A DNA stretch of 30,145 nt. Origin: Methanothrix sp. (lineage in GTDB: Archaea; Halobacteriota; Methanosarcinia; Methanotrichales; Methanotrichaceae). Position 1 is the stretch's first letter; the number at the start of each line of letters is the position of its first letter. The notes under the pieces were generated by a model. That model worked only from the letters and a program-made list of their open reading frames with translations. It had not been told where the DNA came from and searched no databases. The translations under genes were made by a program, and so were the position numbers. Positions 20,294-28,890 of the stretch are shown one piece after another. Location of the stretch: NCBI GenBank assembly GCA_037128175.1, contig JBAXWY010000033.1, forward strand, positions 1 through 30,145, in the 5' to 3' direction.

Positions 20294-20630
20294 TTGGTCT
20301 TCGAGGAGGCGATGAAGATCCGGGCGACAGAGGAGTTAGAGGATATTGATCTGGGCGGGCACGGTACAGGCACGGCAGAACAGCCGCTCGCGCCCGCAAA
20401 GGCGCGGGCCCCGCAGACGGATGCGTGCGCGGCGGTGCTGGTGGGCGCGGACGTGGCAGTGGTTGTGCAAGCCAGCGCTGAAAAGCAAAGCGTCGTTTGG
20501 TGAGTGGGCGTCCAAGGCGGAGCCTGTTGCACCGGCGGTCGGGCCCAAGCCAGAGGAGCCTGCGGCGGCTGCAGAAGGACAGGAGGTGGACGGGGATAAA
20601 TGTCCAAAAAGTTTCGGGACTACACATTAG
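20294..20630 (+). other. GC-rich, apparently frameshifted coding fragment of unknown origin
   Basis: Hand count gives 48/60 G+C at 20401-20460 versus 16/60 at 20221-20280. Protein-like sequence runs in one frame to about 20490 and continues in another (FGEWASKAEPVAPAVGPKPEEPAAAAEGQEVDG). Confidence 0.4.
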
Positions 20631-20792
20631 GCGAGGACTGCGCAGCACCTGCCAAACACGCCGCCAGGATGATAATCGCCAAGCATGCTGAAATTAGAAT
20701 TCGTCTCATCTCAATTTGAACATATTCAGACTTATTAGGGCAAATCCTCTTCTAAATCGTCTATATATCCTGCATGTGCCAAGTAGTCTGCC

Positions 20793-21071
20793 ATGAGATG
20801 GTTGAAGACAATGATGACAATCTGCATAATTGCAGTCTCTTTGAACTCAGGAATGGCATTTGGCGAGAACGGGAATATCTCCGGCTTAAAGAATCTTATC
20901 ACCTCCTTCGATGATCGAGGCATTAATTCTCAGGATCTGGCATTCTTCCTTGTTACCCATAATTATGATGCAACCCCTGCGGGCAACCATGTTGAGGTCA
21001 AACTTAACGGAGAGGTCTACTTGCTTACTCCAAATGGCGATCTCCCCGGTCTGTGTGACATCAAGCTCTAA
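20793..21071 (+). CDS. Small secreted hypothetical protein
   Basis: Signal-peptide-like N-terminus followed by a compact globular-looking segment (DLAFFLVTHNYDATP...YLLTPNGDLPGLCDI). Confidence 0.75.
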   Translation: MRWLKTMMTICIIAVSLNSGMAFGENGNISGLKNLITSFDDRGINSQDLAFFLVTHNYDATPAGNHVEVKLNGEVYLLTPNGDLPGLCDIKL

Positions 21072-21126
21072 AGACATCTTGTCAATTTCCGCAGGACCAT
21101 CTCTCTCTGAAATTTTCTAGGGATTG

Positions 21127-21612
21127 CTACTTAATGGCTGCTTCATCATCCTTGAGGAGTGCCTCGATCACCTCTGCCCGGGCCTGGCCGCTGATAGGGG
21201 CAAAATCGCTCTTTTTTCGTCCGCCCACTTCGGACCTCTTCAGATCGCCGTGAATCCATTCCTCATGAGTTATCTGGTCGAGGGATAGTGCTTCTTGCGC
21301 TTTGCGGCTGATGCGTATGGCAAACGCTATAGCCGATTTTTCCATTACGCATGCCGAAACATAGACGGGGCTCACGAAAAAGATCGACCCGGCTTTCAAG
21401 GGCTGCTCCAGCACAATGCGCAGCATATCCCTGCCTGCATATCTATCCAGGCCACCTGCGCCTAGACCATAGAGGTCCATCTCCACTACCGCATAGCGGC
21501 TGCGTGGGGAGATGATGGCAATTGCTGCGAACACTCGGCTGTGCACAGAGCACCAATCCCAGTATTGTTTCAAGACCTTGCGCTTCTCCATCCATACAAC
21601 ATGACGGGCCAT
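21127..21612 (-). CDS. Hypothetical protein
   Basis: Only long ORF in the interval. The ATG at 21612 (MARHVVW) is preceded by GAGG. An alternative start lies at 21648. Confidence 0.65.
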   Translation of the reverse strand: MARHVVWMEKRKVLKQYWDWCSVHSRVFAAIAIISPRSRYAVVEMDLYGLGAGGLDRYAGRDMLRIVLEQPLKAGSIFFVSPVYVSACVMEKSAIAFAIRISRKAQEALSLDQITHEEWIHGDLKRSEVGGRKKSDFAPISGQARAEVIEALLKDDEAAIK

Positions 21613-21775
21613 TACGGCCTCTTCCAGAGTGTTATGTGGCTTTAGCACAAGTATAGTGTGATGCGCTCAAAGTAGGTGTAGCTTTTGGGCCGAGAGCGAC
21701 AGGAAATATGGATTTGTTTAGTTAATTATATATACTGTTATTAAGTAATTCATACTAGGCAATTGAGGTTAAAGC

Positions 21776-22135
21776 ATGAAGATAAAATTCATCTGCAAAA
21801 ATTGTGGCTCAGTGAATGAAAAAGATAAAGAGGTGCTTCTTGATCCAGAATATAATCAAGAGGACTGGCTTTGCGATCTTCCTCTGAGTTTTGAATGGAT
21901 TTTGCCGGTAGGAAAGATCTCACCAATTGTTGGCAGCCCGTTGTACGTTTCCAGCCAGGGCGGCAACCTCTCCCGAAGTGAGTACCTGGAGAGATATAAT
22001 GTAGATCCAGAGATCGCCTACCAACTGATGCGCAAAGATAAGGGAAAACCTCTGGCCAAGGCAATGGACCCGGCCAGAATACAATCCTTGGTCATGTCAT
22101 CTCGCTTACCAGATGCAGATGATTGGCTGGCTTAA
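21776..22135 (+). CDS. Hypothetical protein with an N-terminal CxxC knuckle
   Basis: GAGGT RBS and an AT-rich promoter region upstream. MKIKFICKNCG is a zinc-ribbon-like half site. Confidence 0.75.
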   Translation: MKIKFICKNCGSVNEKDKEVLLDPEYNQEDWLCDLPLSFEWILPVGKISPIVGSPLYVSSQGGNLSRSEYLERYNVDPEIAYQLMRKDKGKPLAKAMDPARIQSLVMSSRLPDADDWLA

Positions 22136-22190
22136 GCGGATGCGCTGAAAAATTCGAAAGACGGCCAGTTCTTCATTTTTCACTGAATTC

Positions 22191-22658
22191 TCAAGGCAAT
22201 GGTAGATTAAAGAACGGGTAATATGATCTGCATTGTCCATAATAGCATGGGATATAGTATCTTCCTGCCCATTCCCAGACAGGGTAGCTCTGACTATAGC
22301 TGCAATCTACGGGATTTTGTATGCAGTAGTATACCTGCCGAATGCTAATCCCGTTAAGATAAGCTTCACATACCGGCCGTCCTAAGATATCACGTCCCAG
22401 TATCTCGAATTGCAGTTCTTTTCCCTTGAAGTAGATAAGACCTTCCAGAGGTTTATCGAGAAGAACTTCGACCTTTGCCTGCAATCCATAAGTTCCTGGC
22501 TGGGTAACATTCACCGTCATGCCGTTGGGCTCTGAGACTTTCTCGACCGTTCCTGTAAAATCATATGCTAAGGCCGGAAATATCAACAACGGTAGGGATA
22601 AAAGCAAAATAAGTGCTATGCGAGCACCGATCAGTGATTTTGCAGTTTTGAAGTTCAT
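22191..22658 (-). CDS. Secreted hypothetical protein, possibly a degenerate thermonuclease (SNase)-like OB fold
   Basis: Signal peptide, then GTVEKV...GKELQFEILGRDILGRPVCEAYLNGISI, which echoes the SNase pattern GxVxxV...GKxV...DxYGRxLAxVY. Tyr/Cys-rich tail. Confidence 0.6.
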   Translation of the reverse strand: MNFKTAKSLIGARIALILLLSLPLLIFPALAYDFTGTVEKVSEPNGMTVNVTQPGTYGLQAKVEVLLDKPLEGLIYFKGKELQFEILGRDILGRPVCEAYLNGISIRQVYYCIQNPVDCSYSQSYPVWEWAGRYYIPCYYGQCRSYYPFFNLPLP

Positions 22659-22695
22659 AGTCTATAATATCTTCTCATATATCTTCAAGTTTATC

Positions 22696-25353
22696 CTATG
22701 CTCGTAGTCCAGGCAGCACTTTCTTCATGACTTCGGCAGCCAATACCACCATCAGACCGACGCCCAGAACCATAGCCCAGCTCTCGGATGTCAAAGGCTT
22801 GGTCTGGAAGATGGACTGCATGAAAGGAATGTACACCACGGCAAGAATCGAGAATATCGATCCGGCAATTCCCAAGAGAAGCGTCTTATTGCCAAAGGGA
22901 TTCATTCTGAATATGGATTCATCCAGAGAGCGGCAACTATAGGCGTTATATACCGTGAAAAAGCCCAGCCCCACAAAGGCCATAGTTCTGGCATAGACCA
23001 GGTCTTGTCCCATCCCCAGCGATGCCATGTACAGGCCCAATGTGCCAGTTACGATTGCGGCTGCAATTCCCAGGGTATAAATTAGCAGGCTTTTTGACGG
23101 CATGCTCTCTCTGGGATCACGCGGTTTCTTGGTCATGATCTGTGCATGGGCCGGCTCCAGGGCCAGGCCGATAGCCGGGAACTCCTCCGCTACGACGTTT
23201 ATCCAGAGAATCTGCGCGGCCAGAAGAGGAATGGGATAGCCAAGAACAACGGCAATAAAGATCGTAGCCAGCTCGGCAAAGCTGACGGCCAGAAGGTAGG
23301 TGGTTCCCGTTCTTATGTTGTCGTAGATCCTTCTACCTTCCAGAACTGCCCCGACGATGGTGGCGAAGTTATCATCGGCTATGACCATATCCGATGCTTC
23401 CTTGGTAACCTCGGTCCCCGTCTTTCCCATGGCGATACCTATGTCTGCTGCCTTCAAAGCAGGAGCATCGTTCACACCGTCTCCCGTCATGGCTACGATA
23501 TTGCCTCGCTTTTTCAGAGCCTCGACTATGCGCACCTTGTGCTCGGCCGTGACCCTGGCAAATATCGAGACCTCATCGATTCTTTCTTGCAGCTCTTCCT
23601 CGCTCATCTTCTCCAGATCTGACCCCTCGATGACCACCCCATTGCCGATATCCAGCTCCTTGCCAATGGCTTTAGCCGTAAGGCGGTGGTCACCAGTGAT
23701 CATGACCGTCCTGATGCCTGCCCTCTTGCTGACGGAAATTGCATCCAGTACCTCTTTTCTGGGGGGGTCCATCATGCCGGCAAGACCGGCAAAGATAAGA
23801 TCAGATTCCACAAAATCCATTTCCAGAGGATCGCGGCTTTCCAGGGATTTGCCTGCAAATGCCAAAACCCTCAAGGCACCGTCTGCCATGCCGTCCGCTC
23901 TGGCCAGAATAGACCTTTTATCCTCTTTCGTGAGGGGCGAAACACCATTGGCATGGGCAATGCGGGTGCATTTGCCCAGTACCACCTCAGGTGCGCCCTT
24001 CATGGACACAATTCGGCCCTCGCCCTGCATCTGATCGACGGTTGTCATCCTTCGGCGATCGGAATCAAAAGGATATTCCGCAATTCTGGTGCCGCTCTTC
24101 CTGATTGTATCCAGAACGCCTGCCTTTTTGGCGGCAACAATTATCGCCCCCTCGGTTGGATCTCCCACGATGCGCCAGTTGCCGTTGGCCTTCTCGATAT
24201 CTGCGTTGTTTGTAAGCGTTCCGATCTTAAGAAGCCGGGCCAGATCCTCTTCCTGGGGGTCGATGAGCCGGCCTTGCTCGGAGAAGGAACCCACCGGAGT
24301 GTAGCCCGGTCCCTCCACATAGATGGTTCTAAAGGTTTGAATCTCTCGCAGCGTCATCTCGCCGGTAGTGAGGGTGCCGGTCTTATCGGTACAGATCACC
24401 GTAGTCGATCCCAGGGTCTCGACCGCAGGAAGCCTTCTGATTATGGCGTTCTTCTTGGCCATGGCCTGGGTTCCGAAGGCTAAAGCCAGGGTAACCACAA
24501 AAGGAAGAGCTTCAGGCACCCCAGCCACGGCAAGAGCGATGGCGGTTATCAGGGACTCCATGATGGGCGAGCCCCGGCTGGCGTCCAGCACGAAGACAAT
24601 TGCGGCTACGGCAAATACCAAGAGGGCCTGTCTCTTGGCCAGCTGTTCCAGCTTTATCTTGAGGGGCGGATCGGCCTGCCTCTGGTTGATCATGCCCGAG
24701 ATTCTGCCTAGTTCAGTAGCCAGGCCCGTGGCAGTCACCACAGTCCTGCAATTGCCGTAGGAGACAATTGTTCCCATGAAGACCATATTCTTTCGGTCGG
24801 CAAGAGCGGCCTCTTCCGGCAGTTGTTCTGTACTCTTTTTAATGGGCAGCGATTCTCCGGTTAAAGGGGCCTCAATGACCTGCAGGGCAGTCAATTCAAT
24901 AATTCTGCCATCCGCCGGCACCTTATCGCCGGCTTCCAGGTAGATCATGTCGCCAGGAACAAGGTCCGACGCACAGATGGTGCTCATCTTGCCATCCCGC
25001 ATGACGTCCGCCTCAGGGGCCACCATCTCCCGGAGCGCCTCCATGGCCCGTTCCGCTTTATACTCCTGGAAGAATCCAATGACCGCCACGAGAAATACTA
25101 TTCCCAAAATAACGTAGGCATTGGTGCTCTCGCCGGCGATATAAGAGATCATGGCGGCAAAAATCAGCACTAAAACCATATAATCTTTAAATTTACCAAG
25201 GAAAATTTTCAAAGGCGAAGGTTTGGAGGGGCTTTCCAGTTGATTGGGCCCGTACTCGGAGAGTCTCTTGGCCGCATCATCGGAGCTAAGTCCCTTTTGC
25301 CCGGATTTCAGGCTGGATAGGACCTCATCGGTTGGAATTGAATGCCATTTCAC
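22696..25353 (-). CDS. Cation-transporting P-type ATPase (P2A/SERCA-like architecture)
   Basis: TGES, TM4 VPEALP, phosphorylation motif DKTGTLT, KGAPE, MITGD, TGDGVNDAPALK and C-terminal transmembrane segments. Confidence 0.96.
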   Translation of the reverse strand: MKWHSIPTDEVLSSLKSGQKGLSSDDAAKRLSEYGPNQLESPSKPSPLKIFLGKFKDYMVLVLIFAAMISYIAGESTNAYVILGIVFLVAVIGFFQEYKAERAMEALREMVAPEADVMRDGKMSTICASDLVPGDMIYLEAGDKVPADGRIIELTALQVIEAPLTGESLPIKKSTEQLPEEAALADRKNMVFMGTIVSYGNCRTVVTATGLATELGRISGMINQRQADPPLKIKLEQLAKRQALLVFAVAAIVFVLDASRGSPIMESLITAIALAVAGVPEALPFVVTLALAFGTQAMAKKNAIIRRLPAVETLGSTTVICTDKTGTLTTGEMTLREIQTFRTIYVEGPGYTPVGSFSEQGRLIDPQEEDLARLLKIGTLTNNADIEKANGNWRIVGDPTEGAIIVAAKKAGVLDTIRKSGTRIAEYPFDSDRRRMTTVDQMQGEGRIVSMKGAPEVVLGKCTRIAHANGVSPLTKEDKRSILARADGMADGALRVLAFAGKSLESRDPLEMDFVESDLIFAGLAGMMDPPRKEVLDAISVSKRAGIRTVMITGDHRLTAKAIGKELDIGNGVVIEGSDLEKMSEEELQERIDEVSIFARVTAEHKVRIVEALKKRGNIVAMTGDGVNDAPALKAADIGIAMGKTGTEVTKEASDMVIADDNFATIVGAVLEGRRIYDNIRTGTTYLLAVSFAELATIFIAVVLGYPIPLLAAQILWINVVAEEFPAIGLALEPAHAQIMTKKPRDPRESMPSKSLLIYTLGIAAAIVTGTLGLYMASLGMGQDLVYARTMAFVGLGFFTVYNAYSCRSLDESIFRMNPFGNKTLLLGIAGSIFSILAVVYIPFMQSIFQTKPLTSESWAMVLGVGLMVVLAAEVMKKVLPGLRA

Positions 25354-25442
25354 GCGTCTAGCCTCACTTGTGGGATGAGGGGAACTACGGCAATTGTAGA
25401 TATAGTTTTCGCAAAAAATGTAATCAGGGAGGGTCTTATAAT

Positions 25443-25871
25443 TCAGCTTCTCTTTTTATGCTTCAAATAGCTCTCGTACCCCATCCGGGAGAGCTTGTCC
25501 GCCTCTTCGTTCTCCTCTCGCGGCACCCAGGAGAAGCTCACATCCTTTCCCTGCAGAAGTCTCTTGATCTCGGGCACGTACTTCTTGGAGGTGGCGGAGG
25601 ACACTTTGTACTGGCCCTTCATCTGCTTGATCACCAGCTCCGAGTCGCCTTTGATGAGGATCCTGTCCTCGATCCCCTCATCGACCAGCCACTGCGCTGC
25701 GGCCATCAACGCCTCATACTCGGCCACATTGTTGGTCATGCCCCGGCCCTCGCCCACGCCGCCAAATCCACGCCAGATCGGCTCGCCGTCCCGATATACA
25801 AGGTAGCCATAAGCGGCCACGCCTCCGGGATTCTTGGGATAGCACAGGCCGTCGAAGTAAATGGTGATCAT
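25443..25871 (-). CDS. rnhA: Ribonuclease HI (archaeal type)
   Basis: Four acidic catalytic positions in YFDG, TNNVAEYEA, GDSELV and WVPREENEEADKLS. Confidence 0.93.
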   Translation of the reverse strand: MITIYFDGLCYPKNPGGVAAYGYLVYRDGEPIWRGFGGVGEGRGMTNNVAEYEALMAAAQWLVDEGIEDRILIKGDSELVIKQMKGQYKVSSATSKKYVPEIKRLLQGKDVSFSWVPREENEEADKLSRMGYESYLKHKKRS

Positions 25872-25921
25872 TTCAACTGCCGGTTATGAATATGCCATTA
25901 TAAAATTGTTTGCAATTGCCT

Positions 25922-25965
25922 GGCCTGGCCAAGGCGAGCTCTGCAAAGAGCTGAGCTTGCAGGCC
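25922..25965. other. GC-rich bulged hairpin capped by a GCAA tetraloop
   Basis: GGCCTG(GC)CAAG-GCG-AGCTCT-GCAA-AGAGCT-GAG-CTTG-CAGGCC, located between the divergent rnhA and oxidoreductase genes. Confidence 0.4.
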
Positions 25966-26053
25966 GAGCACGATGCATTTATAACCGATTTGTTTCAACC
26001 TGAATTCAAGGAATTAGTAAGACCATGCGCCAAATAAAGAGGTCCAAGAGATC

Positions 26054-27118
26054 ATGAAGGTTGCTGTCATTGGAGGAGGAATAGCCGGTGCAGAGCTGAT
26101 AAGAGTAGCCTCGCCCTGCCCTCTGCAGTTCACATTGATCGAGCCCAAAAAGCAGGTGGAGATGCAGGCTCTCTATCCCGAGTACCTGGGCGGAGTGGCC
26201 AGGCTGCAGGATCTGGCGGCACCCCTCAAGCCCTTTTGCGAACGCGTAGGAGCCACACATATTCGAGAAAAGGCCCTCTACCTGGAAGACAACACCGTCG
26301 TCTGCGAGAAGTCGCGTGTCGATTTCGACTACGTGGTGGTAGCGACGGGAGCTGCTCAGAACTACTTTGGCATCAAGGGCGTCGAGAACACCTTCTCCAT
26401 CAACACCCTGGAAGAGACCAAGAAGGCGCGCCGGTTCGTGGAGGATAACTATCCTGAGCGCATCATGATCATGGGCTCCGGCCTCACCGGCGTGGAGGCC
26501 GCCTCTATTTTGGCAGAAAGCCTGGACGCCAGCATCTACATCATCGAGGCGCGTGAGCGCGTCCTGCCCCAGTTCTCCCCTCAGACATCGGTGCTGGTGG
26601 AAAAGGCGCTCTCCAAGAAGGGCGTGAACATCCTCACCTCTACCCAGGTGGCTGAGGTCAAAGAGGACTGCATCAGCTTCACGGACGGCTCTTGCCTGGA
26701 CTGCGACATGGCCATCTGGACGGCAGGAGTCAAGCCCTCTCCATTCATCCAGGATCTGGACCTGCCCAAGAAGAACGGCTGGATACTGGTAGACCCCCAC
26801 CTCAACGCCCAAGGGAATGTCTTTGCCATGGGCGACTGCGCCTGGATAGAGGTCGATGGACGGCTAGCCACCAAGACAGGCCTGGAAGCGGAGCGGCAGG
26901 CCAAGTACCTGGCCCATCATTTCAGGAACCTGATTAAAGGGGCGGCTATCGAGAAGTACTCGGTGCGGGCCAGTACGGACAGCCAGGTAGCGCTCATTTC
27001 CTTAGGCGCGGACTGCGCCGTGGGCGTGGTGGGAAAGACCTGCATCGGCGTGCCGACGCGGCTCATCTACTCGCTGAAGAGCTGGATCGACAAGTCATTT
27101 ATCAAGCGGTTTAAATAG
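26054..27118 (+). CDS. FAD-dependent pyridine nucleotide-disulfide oxidoreductase (NDH-2-like)
   Basis: Two dinucleotide-binding motifs (VIGGGIAG and IMGSGLTGVE), plus VVATGA, IWTAGV and VFAMGDCA. Confidence 0.9.
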   Translation: MKVAVIGGGIAGAELIRVASPCPLQFTLIEPKKQVEMQALYPEYLGGVARLQDLAAPLKPFCERVGATHIREKALYLEDNTVVCEKSRVDFDYVVVATGAAQNYFGIKGVENTFSINTLEETKKARRFVEDNYPERIMIMGSGLTGVEAASILAESLDASIYIIEARERVLPQFSPQTSVLVEKALSKKGVNILTSTQVAEVKEDCISFTDGSCLDCDMAIWTAGVKPSPFIQDLDLPKKNGWILVDPHLNAQGNVFAMGDCAWIEVDGRLATKTGLEAERQAKYLAHHFRNLIKGAAIEKYSVRASTDSQVALISLGADCAVGVVGKTCIGVPTRLIYSLKSWIDKSFIKRFK

Positions 27119-27214
27119 ATAATCGGTGAGGCTGTGAAGAATCGTCCGGATGATTTGAGAATCGCGCATCCTGAGATCCCGTGGAGAAAGTTGGCAGGAA
27201 TGAGAGATATTTGA
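27119..27214 (+). pseudogene. Internal fragment of a HepT/DUF86 (HEPN) toxin gene
   Basis: Manual translation [31 protein letters not shown] aligns without gaps to [31 protein letters not shown] of the intact DUF86 at 12124-12477. Confidence 0.85.
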
Positions 27215-28335
27215 ACCGAATCAAAACATGGTTTCGCTACAACAACAAGAACTCCTACAGCATTGCCGCCCTGATGCCACTGGTAGAGGCAGGCATTGCC
27301 CGGGAGCCGAAGGAAGGCATCATGCTCTACAGCTTTGCCAGCGCCCAGGCGGAGGAGATCTACGGCGAAGTTAGCCGCGCTGCGGTGGACGCAGTCTACA
27401 TTGCAGGCGGCCCTCATCCTTCGGCTCTGCCCGAGGAGGTCCTGGAGCACTTCGACTTCGTAGTGATAGGTGAAGGAGAAGAGACGCTGCCGGAATTGCT
27501 GCGGGCCATTGAAGACAGCAGCGATCCAGCCAGCGTCAAGGGCATCGCTTACAAATGCCAGGGACGGGTCTTATTCACGGAAAAGAGGGCGCCCGTGGAT
27601 TTGGACTCTTACCCGCCCTTCGCCAGGATCTTAGCGCCTCTGGAGATCTCGCGCGGATGCCCCTGGGGCTGCACTTACTGCCAGACGCCACGCCTCTTCG
27701 ACACCTGCATGCGTCACAGATCGATTCCGATCATCGCCCAATACGCTCGGCGCCACAAGGATATCCGCTTCACCTCTCCTAACTCGCTGGCCTACGGCTC
27801 AGATGGGCGCAGGCCAAGGCTGGAGAAGGTCGAGGCCCTGCTCAAAGTCCTGGCCGAGCAAAAAAAGCCCATTTACTTCGGCACATTCCCTTCCGAGGTC
27901 CGGCCGGAGTTCGTCACGGCTGCGGCTTTAGAGCTGATCGTCAAATACTGCGCCAATAAGAGCCTGGGCCTGGGCGGTCAGTCCGGCAGCCCGGCCGTTT
28001 TGCGCAGCATTGGCAGGGGCCACGGGCGTGCTGAAATCGAGACGGCCTGCGAGCTGGCTCTGGATTATGGACTTGTGCCGCAGGTGGACCTGATCTTTGG
28101 CTTACCAATGGAATCGGACGCGGATCAGCGCCTGACCCTTGACCTAGTCAGATGGATAGTGGCCAAAGGCGGCAAAGTGCGGGCGCACCGCTTTACTCCC
28201 CTGCCGGGAACGCCCCTGGCGGGAACGCGGCCCGCGCCTTTAGCGCCTGATGTGGAAGCGTACCTGGGCAAGATGGCACTGGAGGGACGCCTGACCGGCA
28301 GCTGGTCAGCCGGGAGCGGGAACGAAGTGCATTGA
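27211..28335 (+). CDS. B12-binding domain/radical SAM protein (MJ1487/TIGR04013-like)
   Basis: IAGGPHPS and VIGEGEE (B12-binding-like domain), [16 protein letters not shown] (CxxxCxxC), [10 protein letters not shown] and FTPLPGTP. The start is placed at TTG 27211 because the upstream 30 nt belong to the DUF86 remnant. Confidence 0.9.
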   Translation: MNRIKTWFRYNNKNSYSIAALMPLVEAGIAREPKEGIMLYSFASAQAEEIYGEVSRAAVDAVYIAGGPHPSALPEEVLEHFDFVVIGEGEETLPELLRAIEDSSDPASVKGIAYKCQGRVLFTEKRAPVDLDSYPPFARILAPLEISRGCPWGCTYCQTPRLFDTCMRHRSIPIIAQYARRHKDIRFTSPNSLAYGSDGRRPRLEKVEALLKVLAEQKKPIYFGTFPSEVRPEFVTAAALELIVKYCANKSLGLGGQSGSPAVLRSIGRGHGRAEIETACELALDYGLVPQVDLIFGLPMESDADQRLTLDLVRWIVAKGGKVRAHRFTPLPGTPLAGTRPAPLAPDVEAYLGKMALEGRLTGSWSAGSGNEVH

Positions 28336-28363
28336 CTTTGTGATTAGAATCGTTTCTCCACAA

Positions 28364-28389
28364 AACCACAGAGGCGCAGAGACACAGAG
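28364..28389 (+). repeat. Single arm of the dispersed palindromic element family
   Basis: AACCACAGAGGCGCAGAGACACAGAG matches the right-arm unit of the copies at 5678 and 29955. Confidence 0.65.
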
Positions 28390-28450
28390 AAAATAACTAT
28401 ACACAATCTTTATATTCAATATAGTCCTATAAAGCTAGTGGTGGACTGGT

Positions 28451-28843
28451 GTGGAGCTAAGGTTTGACAATTACATTCTAAAAGCGTTCCTCGCTTCCGG
28501 CCTGCTATCGCTGGTGATGATCGCTCTTGCCCTGGGACTGATTCAGTTGTTCCGCTATGGTTCGTCCTTGCCGTTATCCATAATTCTCACATTGGCAGCA
28601 ATATCGTTCGTCCTTTCCGCATCATTTTTCGAGCGCTACGAGGTGGGTTCCATAATGTGGTCCATGCTGGTGTCGCTTATCGCAACCCTGATGCTCACAA
28701 TGCTCTCCGGCGGCATAATTTATGGCCTAACGACGCACCGGCAATCCTGGGAAGAGCTGCTCTCGGGTCTAGCCATCTGCATGATCGTGGGCATGACGCT
28801 ACTTTCCTATCTCAAGCGCAGCCTGGGTGAGATTGAGTACTGA
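28451..28843 (+). CDS. Hypothetical integral membrane protein (about 4 TM segments)
   Basis: 130 aa with four hydrophobic segments. GTG start preceded by GGTGGA. Confidence 0.8.
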   Translation: MELRFDNYILKAFLASGLLSLVMIALALGLIQLFRYGSSLPLSIILTLAAISFVLSASFFERYEVGSIMWSMLVSLIATLMLTMLSGGIIYGLTTHRQSWEELLSGLAICMIVGMTLLSYLKRSLGEIEY

Positions 28844-28884
28844 TTGATCGAGTACTGATTAATACTAGCAGCAATACTAGCAGT
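28831..28884 (+). repeat. Two abutting short tandem duplications
   Basis: GATTGAGTACTGATT/GATCGAGTACTGATT (2x15 bp, 28831-28860) immediately followed by AATACTAGCAGC/AATACTAGCAGT (2x12 bp, 28861-28884). Confidence 0.8.
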
Positions 28885-28890
28885 TTTTCA

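Noticed and set aside
11450-22690. Accessory stretch considered as one integrated element or provirus
   Set aside because: No integrase, att-like direct repeats, or replication or virion genes were found. The composition is patchy, which fits piecemeal accretion.
26006-26812. 268 aa antisense ORF, and similar antisense ORFs within ade, cdc48, the ygiQ-like gene, the P-type ATPase and moaA
   Set aside because: Shadow ORFs of GC-rich coding sequence.
27116-27118. TAG followed by 31 in-frame codons as possible pyrrolysine readthrough
   Set aside because: The downstream peptide is an incomplete DUF86 fragment lacking the catalytic His, the oxidoreductase is already full length, and there is no evidence of pyl genes here.
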